A stretch of 59,914 nucleotides of DNA from Synergistales bacterium (GTDB taxonomy: Bacteria; Synergistota; Synergistia; Synergistales; 79-D21). Shown one piece after another: positions 37,085 through 46,130 of this stretch. The stretch is from NCBI GenBank assembly GCA_036722335.1, contig DAIMJI010000001.1:1-59914 (forward strand), read 5' to 3'. Each line of letters opens with the position of its first letter. The stretch's first letter is position 1. Position numbers and translations under genes: made by a program. The notes under the pieces are model-generated. The model was not told the origin of the DNA. It saw only the letters and a list, made by a program, of their open reading frames with translations, and ran no database searches.

Positions 37085-38358
37085 CCGTCAAGTTTTTTAC
37101 CAACGCACGATGTTACACGCCCGTGGATCCGGGACACCCCCTGTCCGGGACTCAACAGGGGAAAATCCGGGCAATTGCAAACTGCACAATCCTGACTGAA
37201 AATGGGCTCATCCGGGAAATCGGCCCGGAGAATGAAGTCCTGGAATCCGCCCGTTTTCTTGCCCCGGACATGGAAATCGATTGCGGCGGGAAATGCCTGA
37301 TACCGGGGTTTGTCGATCCACACACCCACCTTTGCTTTCGCGGGCTCAGGGAAGCCGAGTTCGCAATGCGCCTGGAGGGGATCCCCTACCTGGAGATTCT
37401 CAGGCGTGGGGGTGGTATCCTTTCCTCGGTGAGGCGGGTCCGGTCGGCCAGCGAAGAAGATCTCTATTCCTCAACGATGAACCTTGCCCGGTCCGCATTG
37501 GCGCATGGGACCACCACGATAGAGGTCAAGAGCGGCTACGGCCTTCAGACGGATTCCGAGCTCAAGATGCTCAGGGTCATCGAAAGGGTGGGAAAGCACT
37601 CTTTCCTGGACGTGGTGCCGACCTTCATGGGAGCCCATGCGGTGGCGGAGGAGTACAGGAACCGGCCCGAGGAGTTCGTCGAGATTATCCTAAGCGAAAT
37701 GCTTCCGGCAGTGGCAAAACAGGGAATCGCCCGCTATTGCGACGTTTTTTGTGAAGACGGGGTCTTTTCAATAGCCCAAAGCAGGCGTATCCTCGAAGCC
37801 GCGAAGAATCTGGGGTTGGGGATCAAGATACATGCGGACGAGGTTCACGACCTGGGAGGAGCGGCCTTGGCCGCTTCTCTGGGTGCCATCTCCGCGGAGC
37901 ACCTTCTTGCCGCTTCCGATGAAGGGCTCCATGCGATGGCCTCGGCAGGAACAGTGGCCATTTTATTGCCCGCGACTGCCTACAGCCTTGGAAAACCTTT
38001 CGCTCGCGGAAGGGATATGATCGGCATGAACGTTCCTGTCGCCCTGGCCACGGATTGCAACCCCGGTTCGTGTTTCTGCGAGTCGATGCCGTTCGTCTTT
38101 AGCCTCGCGGTCATGGGCATGCGCCTTTCCCCAGAGGAGGCCCTTGTCGCCGCGACTCTCAACGCCGCCTATGCGATCGGCATGGCACGGACCTGTGGAA
38201 GCCTCGAGCCGGGGAAAAAGGCGGACTTTCTCCTGCTGGACGGTGAAACTCCGGCAATTCTCGCGTACCATGCGGGTGTATCACCCGTAAAGGCCGTTTA
38301 TAAAGCTTCTGAATGCGTGTTTGAAGAAAGGAGCATCTTAGGTGATGTTCAGCAATGA
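37081..38358 (+). CDS. hutI: Imidazolonepropionase
   Basis: PGFVDPHTH, GGGILSSV, EVKSGYGL, DVFCEDG, HADE, SAEHL, ATDCNPG. ATG at 37081. Confidence 0.95.
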   Translation: MTVKFFTNARCYTPVDPGHPLSGTQQGKIRAIANCTILTENGLIREIGPENEVLESARFLAPDMEIDCGGKCLIPGFVDPHTHLCFRGLREAEFAMRLEGIPYLEILRRGGGILSSVRRVRSASEEDLYSSTMNLARSALAHGTTTIEVKSGYGLQTDSELKMLRVIERVGKHSFLDVVPTFMGAHAVAEEYRNRPEEFVEIILSEMLPAVAKQGIARYCDVFCEDGVFSIAQSRRILEAAKNLGLGIKIHADEVHDLGGAALAASLGAISAEHLLAASDEGLHAMASAGTVAILLPATAYSLGKPFARGRDMIGMNVPVALATDCNPGSCFCESMPFVFSLAVMGMRLSPEEALVAATLNAAYAIGMARTCGSLEPGKKADFLLLDGETPAILAYHAGVSPVKAVYKASECVFEERSILGDVQQ

Positions 38359-38971
38359 AACGCTTAAAGGTTTTCTGGAAGAACTCGGGTCATCCGAACC
38401 GACCCCCGGGGGCGGCTCCGCTGCCGCTCTCGCTGGTGCCCTTGCGAGCAGCCTCTGCACCATGGTTGCTTCGTTGACGCTAGGCAGGGAGCGGTTCAGG
38501 GAAAACTGGGCTGAAATGGAAACAGTGGCGGAAACAGGAAGGTCCCTGACCGAGGATTTGGTCCGGCTCATGGATCGTGACGCGGAAGCCTACGACTCGG
38601 TGATGGCGGCGATCAAGATGCCGAAGGAAACAGCCGAGGAAAAGGCCGCAAGGGAAATACGCCTCCAGGAAGCCCTCAAGAATGCCTGCAAGGTCCCTCT
38701 GGAAACCGTCGAGACCGTTGCAAAGGTTGGACAATTGATGGAATCGGTTCTCTTCAGGGGAAACCCGAACGCCATAACGGATGCCGGTTCCGCCGGAAGG
38801 CTGGCATGGGCTGCCGCCCATGCGGCAGCATACAATGTCAAGGTGAACCTCAAGAGCATAAAAGACACCGCATTCGTCGAAGAAACGCGGAAAAAGCTCG
38901 GCTTCGAGCTTGCCCAAGTGGAAGCCTCGGCTCTCCTGGCCGAGACGGAACTCATGAAGCAGCTTTCCTGA
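38342..38971 (+). CDS. Formiminotetrahydrofolate cyclodeaminase
   Basis: PTPGGGSAAA, D.DAEAY, ACKVP, NPNAITDAG, YNVKVNL. Alternative start ATG at 38345. Confidence 0.9.
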   Translation: MMFSNETLKGFLEELGSSEPTPGGGSAAALAGALASSLCTMVASLTLGRERFRENWAEMETVAETGRSLTEDLVRLMDRDAEAYDSVMAAIKMPKETAEEKAAREIRLQEALKNACKVPLETVETVAKVGQLMESVLFRGNPNAITDAGSAGRLAWAAAHAAAYNVKVNLKSIKDTAFVEETRKKLGFELAQVEASALLAETELMKQLS

Positions 38972-38974
38972 GCC

Positions 38975-40060
38975 GTGACTCAAGGGGAGAAGACCAGGCT
39001 GTCGACTGGCCTTGGCGCGAAGGGGATCGCTTTCCTGGCGATCCTGCTTTTCGTCACAATCGTTTCAAGGGGAAATGCCTGGTGGACGAGAATGGTTCCA
39101 CCTGGAAGAGGCAACCCCGTGGAAGCGGTTATCGAACCTGGCCAGAGCGCGTTGGCGGTTGCCCGTTCACTTGTCGCGCAGGGACTGACAGAAGGCGAAG
39201 CGCGGGCACTGGCTCGCTGGTTTTCCCTTCTTGGAGTGGACAAGAGACTTAAACCCGGTCTTTACAAGATTCGCCCCGGTACACCCTGGGAAGTGGCAAA
39301 GCAGATCCAGGCCCAGGAGCCGGATTCCGCAGGAATCCGGCTCCTGCCGGGGACCACGCTGACGGAAATCGGAGGCCTCCTTTCACAGTGGGGGGGAGAA
39401 TCGGCCCTTCGCCGTGAACTGTCTGCCACGACCAACTTTCCGGACCAAATACAGCCCTTTTTACCCTCGAATCCTGATTTCCGGCTGGCTTTCCTTTTGC
39501 CTGACACTTACAGGGTAACCCCTTCGGAAGTGGCGGTCAGGGAGCTCGTAAGGCTCGCGGCAAATAACTGGTGGGGGAAGGTCGGGGCCATGCTTCCGGA
39601 TGGTTTTGACTCGAAGTGGGTGGAAGAACGGGCTATCCTGGCTTCGATCAACGAACGGGAGTCAAGCGACGACTCGGAAAGGGCCCGCGTAGCGGGTGTT
39701 TTTGAAAATCGCTTACGCCTGGGTATGCCGCTCCAATCATGCGCGACCGTCGTTTTTGCCTGGAGGCAAAGGGGCAAAGTCCTCCATGGCCTTTCCTATA
39801 CCGACCTCCAGATCGATTCGCCCTATAATACTTACAGGAACAAAGGCCTGCCTCCCGGACCTATCGGCATCCCCTCTCTTCCTGCCTGGGAAGCCGCGCT
39901 TTTTCCGGAACATCACGATTTCCTTTTCTTTGTCCTGTCCGCTTCCGGTAAACACTTGTTCTCCAAGACCTACGAAGAACATCTTGCCGCCCAGAAAAAC
40001 GCAGAAAAGGAAAACCGGACAGGTTCAAACACAAGAAGGGAGCCCGAAGAAGGACCATGA
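38975..40060 (+). CDS. mltG: Endolytic transglycosylase MltG (YceG)
   Basis: N-terminal TM, LKPGLY, ASINERE, VFENRL..GMPLQS, SPYNTY...GLPPGPI. Confidence 0.9.
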   Translation: MTQGEKTRLSTGLGAKGIAFLAILLFVTIVSRGNAWWTRMVPPGRGNPVEAVIEPGQSALAVARSLVAQGLTEGEARALARWFSLLGVDKRLKPGLYKIRPGTPWEVAKQIQAQEPDSAGIRLLPGTTLTEIGGLLSQWGGESALRRELSATTNFPDQIQPFLPSNPDFRLAFLLPDTYRVTPSEVAVRELVRLAANNWWGKVGAMLPDGFDSKWVEERAILASINERESSDDSERARVAGVFENRLRLGMPLQSCATVVFAWRQRGKVLHGLSYTDLQIDSPYNTYRNKGLPPGPIGIPSLPAWEAALFPEHHDFLFFVLSASGKHLFSKTYEEHLAAQKNAEKENRTGSNTRREPEEGP

Positions 40061-41199
40061 CCGACCCTAACCAGAAAGAAAAAGGGATCGTATGCCCGGG
40101 TTGCGGGGCCCCGTTCCAGCAGGATGATCCGGAATCGCCCGGATTCACCCCTCCCGGACTGGAAATCAACGACCGGACCATTTGCCGCAGATGCTTCAGG
40201 ATGACCCATTACAGACAATTCACGAAGGCTCCGCTATCCGATGATCATGTTTTCAGGATGGCAAAACGGGAAATGGGAAAAGCCGACGGAGCCATCCTTT
40301 TCGTGGACGCTTTCCAGCCCTCGATAAACCCTTTGCTCGGATCCTTGCTGGAGGAATGGGGCAAGCCCATTCTGACAGTAATCAACAAATATGATATGCT
40401 GTCAGGATGGTTCCGTTCCCGAAGAGGCAAGAGAAGGTTTGCGGAAATACTGGGAGCCCCTTCGGAGAGTTTGACCACGATGAATTCTCTCGACTTCGCA
40501 AGCGTCAAGAAGGTCACCTCCCAGATTGTCAGGAAATTCAACCGCAACTCCAGGATCCTGCTGCTAGGCCCTGTGAACTCTGGGAAAACCACTTTCCTCC
40601 GCAGCGCGTGCCAGGAGGCGGGGCTCGTTTCGCGGAGTCCCATACCCGGCACCACGCTCGGGCCGATAGTCGCCTGTAGTTCGATACTGGGATTGACTTT
40701 TGTCGATATTCCCGGCTTCAGGTCCGAGGACCCCTGGATTCCGATATTGTGTCCCGATTGCCTGATCAGCCTGCAGCCCGGCAAAAAGCCAAACAGGTTG
40801 ACCACTTCCCTGAAGCCTGGAGACATGCTTCTTTTTGGAGGCCTGGTCGGCGTCGAAGTCGTGGAATGTTTCCGAACTGAACGGGTGGGAATCGCGGCAT
40901 TTTCCCCTGACGGGCTCATCCTTCACCGAACCCGGGCCGATAGGGCGGAAGAACTGCTGACAAGGCACCTGGGAGGACTGTTCAAAGTCCCTTGCCCTGG
41001 ATGCAGGAAAACCCTCGAAAAGTACCCAACGGCTCGAACCGAGTACCGCCTTGGGAAAGGACTTGATCTTGTCCTGCCGGGATGCGGCTGGTTGACAACC
41101 TGGCAAGGAGAAGCCCTTTTCAGGGTCAATGCCCCAGATTTTTTCGGCCCGCGCACTAGACCTGCGCTGATTGGAGGAGATGACGTTCATGAATGTTGA
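40057..41199 (+). CDS. yqeH: YqeH-like circularly permuted GTPase
   Basis: N-terminal CPGCG...CRRC zinc finger; NKYD precedes GPVNSGKTT and DIPG. Confidence 0.75.
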   Translation: MTDPNQKEKGIVCPGCGAPFQQDDPESPGFTPPGLEINDRTICRRCFRMTHYRQFTKAPLSDDHVFRMAKREMGKADGAILFVDAFQPSINPLLGSLLEEWGKPILTVINKYDMLSGWFRSRRGKRRFAEILGAPSESLTTMNSLDFASVKKVTSQIVRKFNRNSRILLLGPVNSGKTTFLRSACQEAGLVSRSPIPGTTLGPIVACSSILGLTFVDIPGFRSEDPWIPILCPDCLISLQPGKKPNRLTTSLKPGDMLLFGGLVGVEVVECFRTERVGIAAFSPDGLILHRTRADRAEELLTRHLGGLFKVPCPGCRKTLEKYPTARTEYRLGKGLDLVLPGCGWLTTWQGEALFRVNAPDFFGPRTRPALIGGDDVHEC

Positions 41200-42586
41200 G
41201 TTTCCTGGCCGGGATTGGCAATCAATTGGTGAAAGGCTGGCCGGGATCTCGGGGAAATCGGTCGATTACGCCGACATCTTTGTCCAATCGGGGGCGGGGC
41301 ACAGCATCAGTTTCGAGAAGGGAAGGGTAGAGGAAGTCGCATCCGCGGCCTCCGCGGGAGTCGGAGCGAGGGTCCTCCTCGACGATCATTCCCTTTTTTC
41401 CCACTCTCCCGTGTCATCCCCTTCCGGTGCCTGGGAATGTCTTGGAAACGCACTTTCCAGGAGCGGCCGTTCCGTATCCGGGAAACAGCCCGGCAGCGAT
41501 TCTCCCTTGACTTTTGACCTGGCCAGGCTGAGGGCTCCGGATACCGAGATTCTTCGGGAAGTGGACAGCGCGATAAGGAAATCCTCCCCCCTTGTCCGCC
41601 AGGTGACCTTGAGATGCCGCGTTTCGGGCAAACGAACGCTTGTCGTTCGGGGGGACGGAAACGTCGTGACAGATGAACGGTTTCATGCACTTTTCGCGGT
41701 ACAGGTGACAGTGGAAAGTGACGGAACGATACAAACAGGCTATGAGGTCAGGGCCTTCCAGGCTGAGCCGGGGGATTTCTGGAGCCTGGTGCCCGCCCTG
41801 GAGGTCGGGAACCAGGCCCTGCAGAGAGCGCTTCTCATGTTGAAGGCGTCCCCTTGCCCTGCCGGAAGGATGCCCGTCGTCCTTTCCGGGCAGGCAGGAG
41901 GTACAATGGTTCACGAGGCCTGCGGGCACGGACTCGAAGCGGACATCGTACAGAAGGATTTCTCTGTCTACCGGGATCGCCTGGGAGAAGAAGTGGCAAG
42001 CCCGCTTGTCACCCTCGTGGATGACGCGACACTCCCAGGTGCTTACGGGAGTTACACGATCGACGACGAGGGAACACCCGCGAAAAGAAACATCCTGATA
42101 GACAAAGGCATCCTGTCCCTTTACCTGACCGATGTGCAATCAGCCCGCAAAGGCGGGATTCCCCTTACGGGAAACGGGCGGCGAGGCTCCTACCGGAACT
42201 TGCCGATCCCGCGCATGAGCAATACCTTCCTCCTTCCCGGCGAGGATAGCCCTGATGCCCTCCTCGCGAGAGTGGAGAAGGGACTTCTCGTTACGAAGAT
42301 GGGCGGAGGGCAGGTCAACCCCACGTCCGGCGATTTCGTCTTCCAGGTGACCGAAGCCTTTCTCCTCGAGAAGGGAAAGGTCGGAAATCCTGTGAGGGGC
42401 GCTACGCTGATTGGCAATGGGCCGGAAGTCCTGCGGCAGATAGAGGCAGTTGGGAACGACCTTCATTTTGAACCCGGGATGTGCGGGAAAGATGGACAAA
42501 GTGTCCCTGTCACAGACGGGCAGCCCAGCCTTCTAGTAGGGAGTCTCCTTGTCGGGGGGTGCGAAATCGGACATGGCGAAGGATAG
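41189..42586 (+). CDS. tldD: TldD/PmbA family metalloprotease (TldD-type)
   Basis: YADIF, HEACGHGLEAD, DDEG, P.PRMSNT, GMCGKDGQSVPV. ATG at 41189 after GGAGGAG. Confidence 0.9.
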   Translation: MNVEFPGRDWQSIGERLAGISGKSVDYADIFVQSGAGHSISFEKGRVEEVASAASAGVGARVLLDDHSLFSHSPVSSPSGAWECLGNALSRSGRSVSGKQPGSDSPLTFDLARLRAPDTEILREVDSAIRKSSPLVRQVTLRCRVSGKRTLVVRGDGNVVTDERFHALFAVQVTVESDGTIQTGYEVRAFQAEPGDFWSLVPALEVGNQALQRALLMLKASPCPAGRMPVVLSGQAGGTMVHEACGHGLEADIVQKDFSVYRDRLGEEVASPLVTLVDDATLPGAYGSYTIDDEGTPAKRNILIDKGILSLYLTDVQSARKGGIPLTGNGRRGSYRNLPIPRMSNTFLLPGEDSPDALLARVEKGLLVTKMGGGQVNPTSGDFVFQVTEAFLLEKGKVGNPVRGATLIGNGPEVLRQIEAVGNDLHFEPGMCGKDGQSVPVTDGQPSLLVGSLLVGGCEIGHGEG

Positions 42587-44837
42587 GAAACGCTACCCGG
42601 AACTTCGCGAAAAACCCGAAAAAGCGAAAGAACAGGGGTTTATCGGCTCCGCTGACACTCCGCCCTGGGTTGACGGCATCGTCGTCTTCATCCTTTTCCT
42701 TTCGGTCTACATTTTTGCTTCCCTTTACACGGAAGTAACGGGATCATGGGGCCAAGTCGTGCGGGCAACCCTCCTCGACACTGCGGGCGGGGGTGTTTCC
42801 CTTCTCGTCCTGTTTATCTTTTACTGCGCGATCTTCCATCTCCTGAGGAAACCCGTCAATGAACTGGGACGTCAAGCGGGTGGGACCATCGTCCTTTTTG
42901 CCTGTCTCGAGCTTGTGCTGTTCATCGGGCAAGGATCCTGGCCTGAAGCTGCCCAGGGATGGCTGAACCCTGGCCTTTTCGGCCGCTCCCTTGGAGGTTT
43001 CCTGCTGGGGCACACCGGAATCCTGGGCACATTGCTGGCGGGGCTTTTCGGCGCATTCCTTTCCGCAACGCTTTACGGCCTGATCGAACCCCTTGACCTG
43101 GTCCGATGGATCAATGAGCTCCGGACCCGCATTGCAATGGGAATCTCCAGCGTCAGGAAAGTTGTCCTTCGTTTCATTCCGGCGACTTCCACTGACTGCC
43201 CAAAAGCAGAAAAGGCTTCTCCAGAGGAAAAGGATCCTTTCGTGCTCGCGGAGGAAACGCCTGCATTTGTCCCCGATCCTGGCGGCCCCGGTTCGAACCA
43301 GGAAATGGGTGAAATGGAGGACTTGCCCCCGCTTCCGCTGGCAGGGGAGGAAGAAGATCCGGATACGATAGAGGAGATCCCGGTCCCTCCCGGAGTTGAC
43401 CCTTCGGCTTTCCCCCCACCTCTCGAGCTTTTCGGCACGGAGGGAATCACGGCAAACCCCGTCTCTGACGAACTGATCAGGAACCAGGGAGAGCGAATCA
43501 TTTCCACGCTGGAAGAATTCGGTGTCGAAGCGGAACTGGCGGAGACAATCACGGGACCTACGGTCATCCAGTTCCGGCTGCAGTTGGCTCCCGGCATAAA
43601 GGTCAGCAAGGTTGCGGGCCTGAGCAATGACCTTGCCGTGGCACTCGCGGTGCCGGCTCTAAGGGTCGAGGCCCCGATTCCGGGGACAACCTTCGTTGGC
43701 ATCGAGACTCCCAATCCGCGTAGGTGGGTCGTTCCCCTCCGAAGCCTCCTGGAGTCCACCCCTTTCCAGAGAGGGGATTTCGACCTGCCGCTGCCCTTCG
43801 GGCTGACGGTGGACGGGGTTCCACTCGTCATGGGACTGGAAGACCTGCCTCACCTCCTCGTTGCAGGGACGACCGGCTCGGGCAAAAGCGTCCTGGTCTC
43901 AAGCTGCATCATAGGGCTCTGCTGCGCAAGGAGGCCGGACGAACTGCGCCTGCTTCTCGTCGACCCCAAGAGGGTCGAGATGACGCTTTATGAAAAGCTT
44001 CCCCATACCCTGACTCCACCCGTCGTCGATTCCAAGAAAGCCGTCCATGCCTTGGGATGGGCCATCCGGGAAATGGAGCGCCGCTACGAACTTTTCGCGG
44101 GGGCCAGGGTCAGGCACTTAAAGGCCTATAACAAGAAAACCCTCCCCAAGGACCGCTTGCCACACATCGTCATCGTCGTGGATGAGTTGGCCGATCTGAT
44201 GATGACTTCGCCAAAGGAAGCGGAAGACTATATCTGCAGGCTGGCCCAAATGGCAAGGGCAACGGGCATCCACCTCATCCTCGCGACCCAGAGACCTTCC
44301 GTCAACGTCGTTACCGGCCTGATCAAAGCCAATATCCCTGCGAGGGTCGCCTTCACGCTTCCTTCCCAGGCGGATTCCCGGACGATCATCGACCTTTCGG
44401 GAGCGGAAAAGCTGCTTGGGAAAGGGGACATGCTCCTTCTGACCTCCCGTTACCCCAAGCCGATCAGGCTCCAGGGACCCTGGATTGACGAAAGCCGCAT
44501 CGTCTCTTTCATCCAGCACCTGGTCCGGGTTTTCGGTGACCCCCAGCATATCGACATAGACGGCGATGACAACGGTTCCTGGGGGGAAATCGCGGCCAAC
44601 CTCGAGGATCCTCTCCTGGAGGAAGCGGTTTCGATCATCCTTCAAACGGGTATCGCCTCAGCGAGCCGACTCCAAAGACAGTTGAAGATCGGTTTCACTC
44701 GAGCTGCCCGCCTGGTCGACACGATGGAGCAGTTGGGTATGGTCGGGCCGCAGGAAGCGTCAAGGCCAAGGGAAATCCTTGTTGATGAGGACCGCGCGGA
44801 GGAAATTCTGCGCCAAGCCTTTAGCGGAGGAGCTTGA
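42573..44837 (+). CDS. ftsK: DNA translocase FtsK/SpoIIIE
   Basis: N-terminal TMs; HLLVAGTTGSGKS, DPKRVE, VDELADLM, ATQRPSV, and a gamma domain with LQRQLKIGFTRAARL. Confidence 0.95.
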   Translation: MAKDRKRYPELREKPEKAKEQGFIGSADTPPWVDGIVVFILFLSVYIFASLYTEVTGSWGQVVRATLLDTAGGGVSLLVLFIFYCAIFHLLRKPVNELGRQAGGTIVLFACLELVLFIGQGSWPEAAQGWLNPGLFGRSLGGFLLGHTGILGTLLAGLFGAFLSATLYGLIEPLDLVRWINELRTRIAMGISSVRKVVLRFIPATSTDCPKAEKASPEEKDPFVLAEETPAFVPDPGGPGSNQEMGEMEDLPPLPLAGEEEDPDTIEEIPVPPGVDPSAFPPPLELFGTEGITANPVSDELIRNQGERIISTLEEFGVEAELAETITGPTVIQFRLQLAPGIKVSKVAGLSNDLAVALAVPALRVEAPIPGTTFVGIETPNPRRWVVPLRSLLESTPFQRGDFDLPLPFGLTVDGVPLVMGLEDLPHLLVAGTTGSGKSVLVSSCIIGLCCARRPDELRLLLVDPKRVEMTLYEKLPHTLTPPVVDSKKAVHALGWAIREMERRYELFAGARVRHLKAYNKKTLPKDRLPHIVIVVDELADLMMTSPKEAEDYICRLAQMARATGIHLILATQRPSVNVVTGLIKANIPARVAFTLPSQADSRTIIDLSGAEKLLGKGDMLLLTSRYPKPIRLQGPWIDESRIVSFIQHLVRVFGDPQHIDIDGDDNGSWGEIAANLEDPLLEEAVSIILQTGIASASRLQRQLKIGFTRAARLVDTMEQLGMVGPQEASRPREILVDEDRAEEILRQAFSGGA

Positions 44838-44841
44838 GATC

Positions 44842-45558
44842 GTGATGGAAGGCATCCGGTTACCCCAGGTTGATATTCTTGTCCCGAAGCCCCCCGAATC
44901 CAGGGAAGTGCTGCTCGTCGCGGGAGGAAGAAAGCCCAAGTCGTCCTGGCTCCTGGAAGCTGCCCAGGGAAGATCCGTATGGGCGATCGACAGGGGGGTC
45001 AACGCGTGCATGGAAGCCGGGCTGCTCCCGGAACTGATCCTCGGGGACGCTGACAGTGCCTCTCCCAAGCTTTGGAAAGCGGCGCACAGCAGGGGAGCCG
45101 AGACTCTTCTCCTTTCACGCGAAAAGGACGATACCGACCTTCAAAAAGCCCTGAAAACGGTCTCAGAGAGGTTCGGGCAGTCTATCGTGCTTGTGACGGG
45201 TTGTTGGGGAGGACGGTTCGACCATGCATGGAGCAACGTCCTGTCGGTTCTTGGAGCCTTGAGGAAGGGAATCCTTCACGCTGTGCTGGCAGATCACCGG
45301 GAGTTGCTGTTTTTCCTCAGGGGAATGGAAAAAATCGAAATGCGCCACAGAAAGGAACCTTCATCCATCTCATTGGTTGCATTTTCAGAGAGGTGCGAAG
45401 GTGTGACGATCGCCGGTGTACATTGGCCGCTGGAAAATACCCTCCTCGAAAAGGACTCCCCCTACGCGATCAGCAACCGGCCGCAAGGCGGGGAACCCAC
45501 CAGGGTGGGCCTGTCAAGCGGTGAAATGGGACTCTACGTCAGCTGGTGGGAGCGTTAG
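44842..45558 (+). CDS. thiN: Thiamine diphosphokinase
   Basis: AIDRG, GDADS, KDDTD, GGRFDH, ISNR. Start GTG 44842 or ATG 44845. Confidence 0.85.
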   Translation: MMEGIRLPQVDILVPKPPESREVLLVAGGRKPKSSWLLEAAQGRSVWAIDRGVNACMEAGLLPELILGDADSASPKLWKAAHSRGAETLLLSREKDDTDLQKALKTVSERFGQSIVLVTGCWGGRFDHAWSNVLSVLGALRKGILHAVLADHRELLFFLRGMEKIEMRHRKEPSSISLVAFSERCEGVTIAGVHWPLENTLLEKDSPYAISNRPQGGEPTRVGLSSGEMGLYVSWWER

Positions 45559-45581
45559 GGAATGTTTTTCGTAAGGGAAGT

Positions 45582-45613
45582 AAAGAAAGGCGGGCTGCCC
45601 TTAGACAGCCCGC
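45582..45613 (-). terminator. Terminator overlapping the rpmB stop codon
   Basis: GCGGGCTG / CAGCCCGC 8-bp stem followed on the minus strand by CTTTCTTT. Confidence 0.6.
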
Positions 45614-45795
45614 TTAACCTGACCGGAACGAAGGCAGCGCGTACAAACCTTAAGCTTGGTACGTCCCCCGTCACCAAAATCGACCCGAACCGTTTGAAGG
45701 TTCAATTGCCAACGACGGCGCGTGTGGCGGTTGGAGTGACTCACGTTATTGCCTGTAACGGGCCCTCGGCCACAGCACTGGCAGACCTTGGACAT
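45601..45795 (-). CDS. rpmB: 50S ribosomal protein L28 (Cys-containing, zinc-ribbon type)
   Basis: MSKVCQCCGRGP.TGNNVSHSNRHTRRRW..NLQ...VCTRCLRS; GGGAGG RBS. Confidence 0.95.
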   Translation of the reverse strand: MSKVCQCCGRGPVTGNNVSHSNRHTRRRWQLNLQTVRVDFGDGGRTKLKVCTRCLRSGQVKRAV

Positions 45796-45835
45796 CGACG
45801 ATCCCTCCCAGATTGAAAACCGTGCAGCGAGGGGC

Positions 45836-45864
45836 ATTGTATCATACGGTAGGGTTGTTGGCAA
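45836..45864 (-). promoter_or_regulatory. rpmB promoter TTGCCA-N17-TACAAT with extended TG
   Basis: Minus strand: -35 at 45864-45859, -10 at 45841-45836, TG-n before the -10. Confidence 0.75.
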
Positions 45865-45901
45865 TTCGCCCGCCTATTTTTCCGGAAAGAAGGGACACCT
45901 A

Positions 45902-46129
45902 ATGAGCTTTTCAACCCAAATCGAAGCTCTCCAATCTATCGTGAAGCGCCTGGAAAGTGAACCCATGCCGCTTGAGGAGGCAATGGGCCTTTACGAGGAA
46001 GGGATTAAAAGAGTGTCCGAATGCAAGGCCTTTCTCGAGCAGGCCCGCCAGAAGGTCATTCTTCTCTCCGGGTCCGAGGAGGATACGGCAGGCAATCCCT
46101 GGAACCCGCTGGAGGGAGGGGAGTCCTGA
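45902..46129 (+). CDS. xseB: Exodeoxyribonuclease VII small subunit
   Basis: SF...IEALQSIVKRLES..MPLEEAMGLYEEG...C..FL..A.QKV. ATG at 45902. Confidence 0.88.
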   Translation: MSFSTQIEALQSIVKRLESEPMPLEEAMGLYEEGIKRVSECKAFLEQARQKVILLSGSEEDTAGNPWNPLEGGES

Positions 46130-46130
46130 G

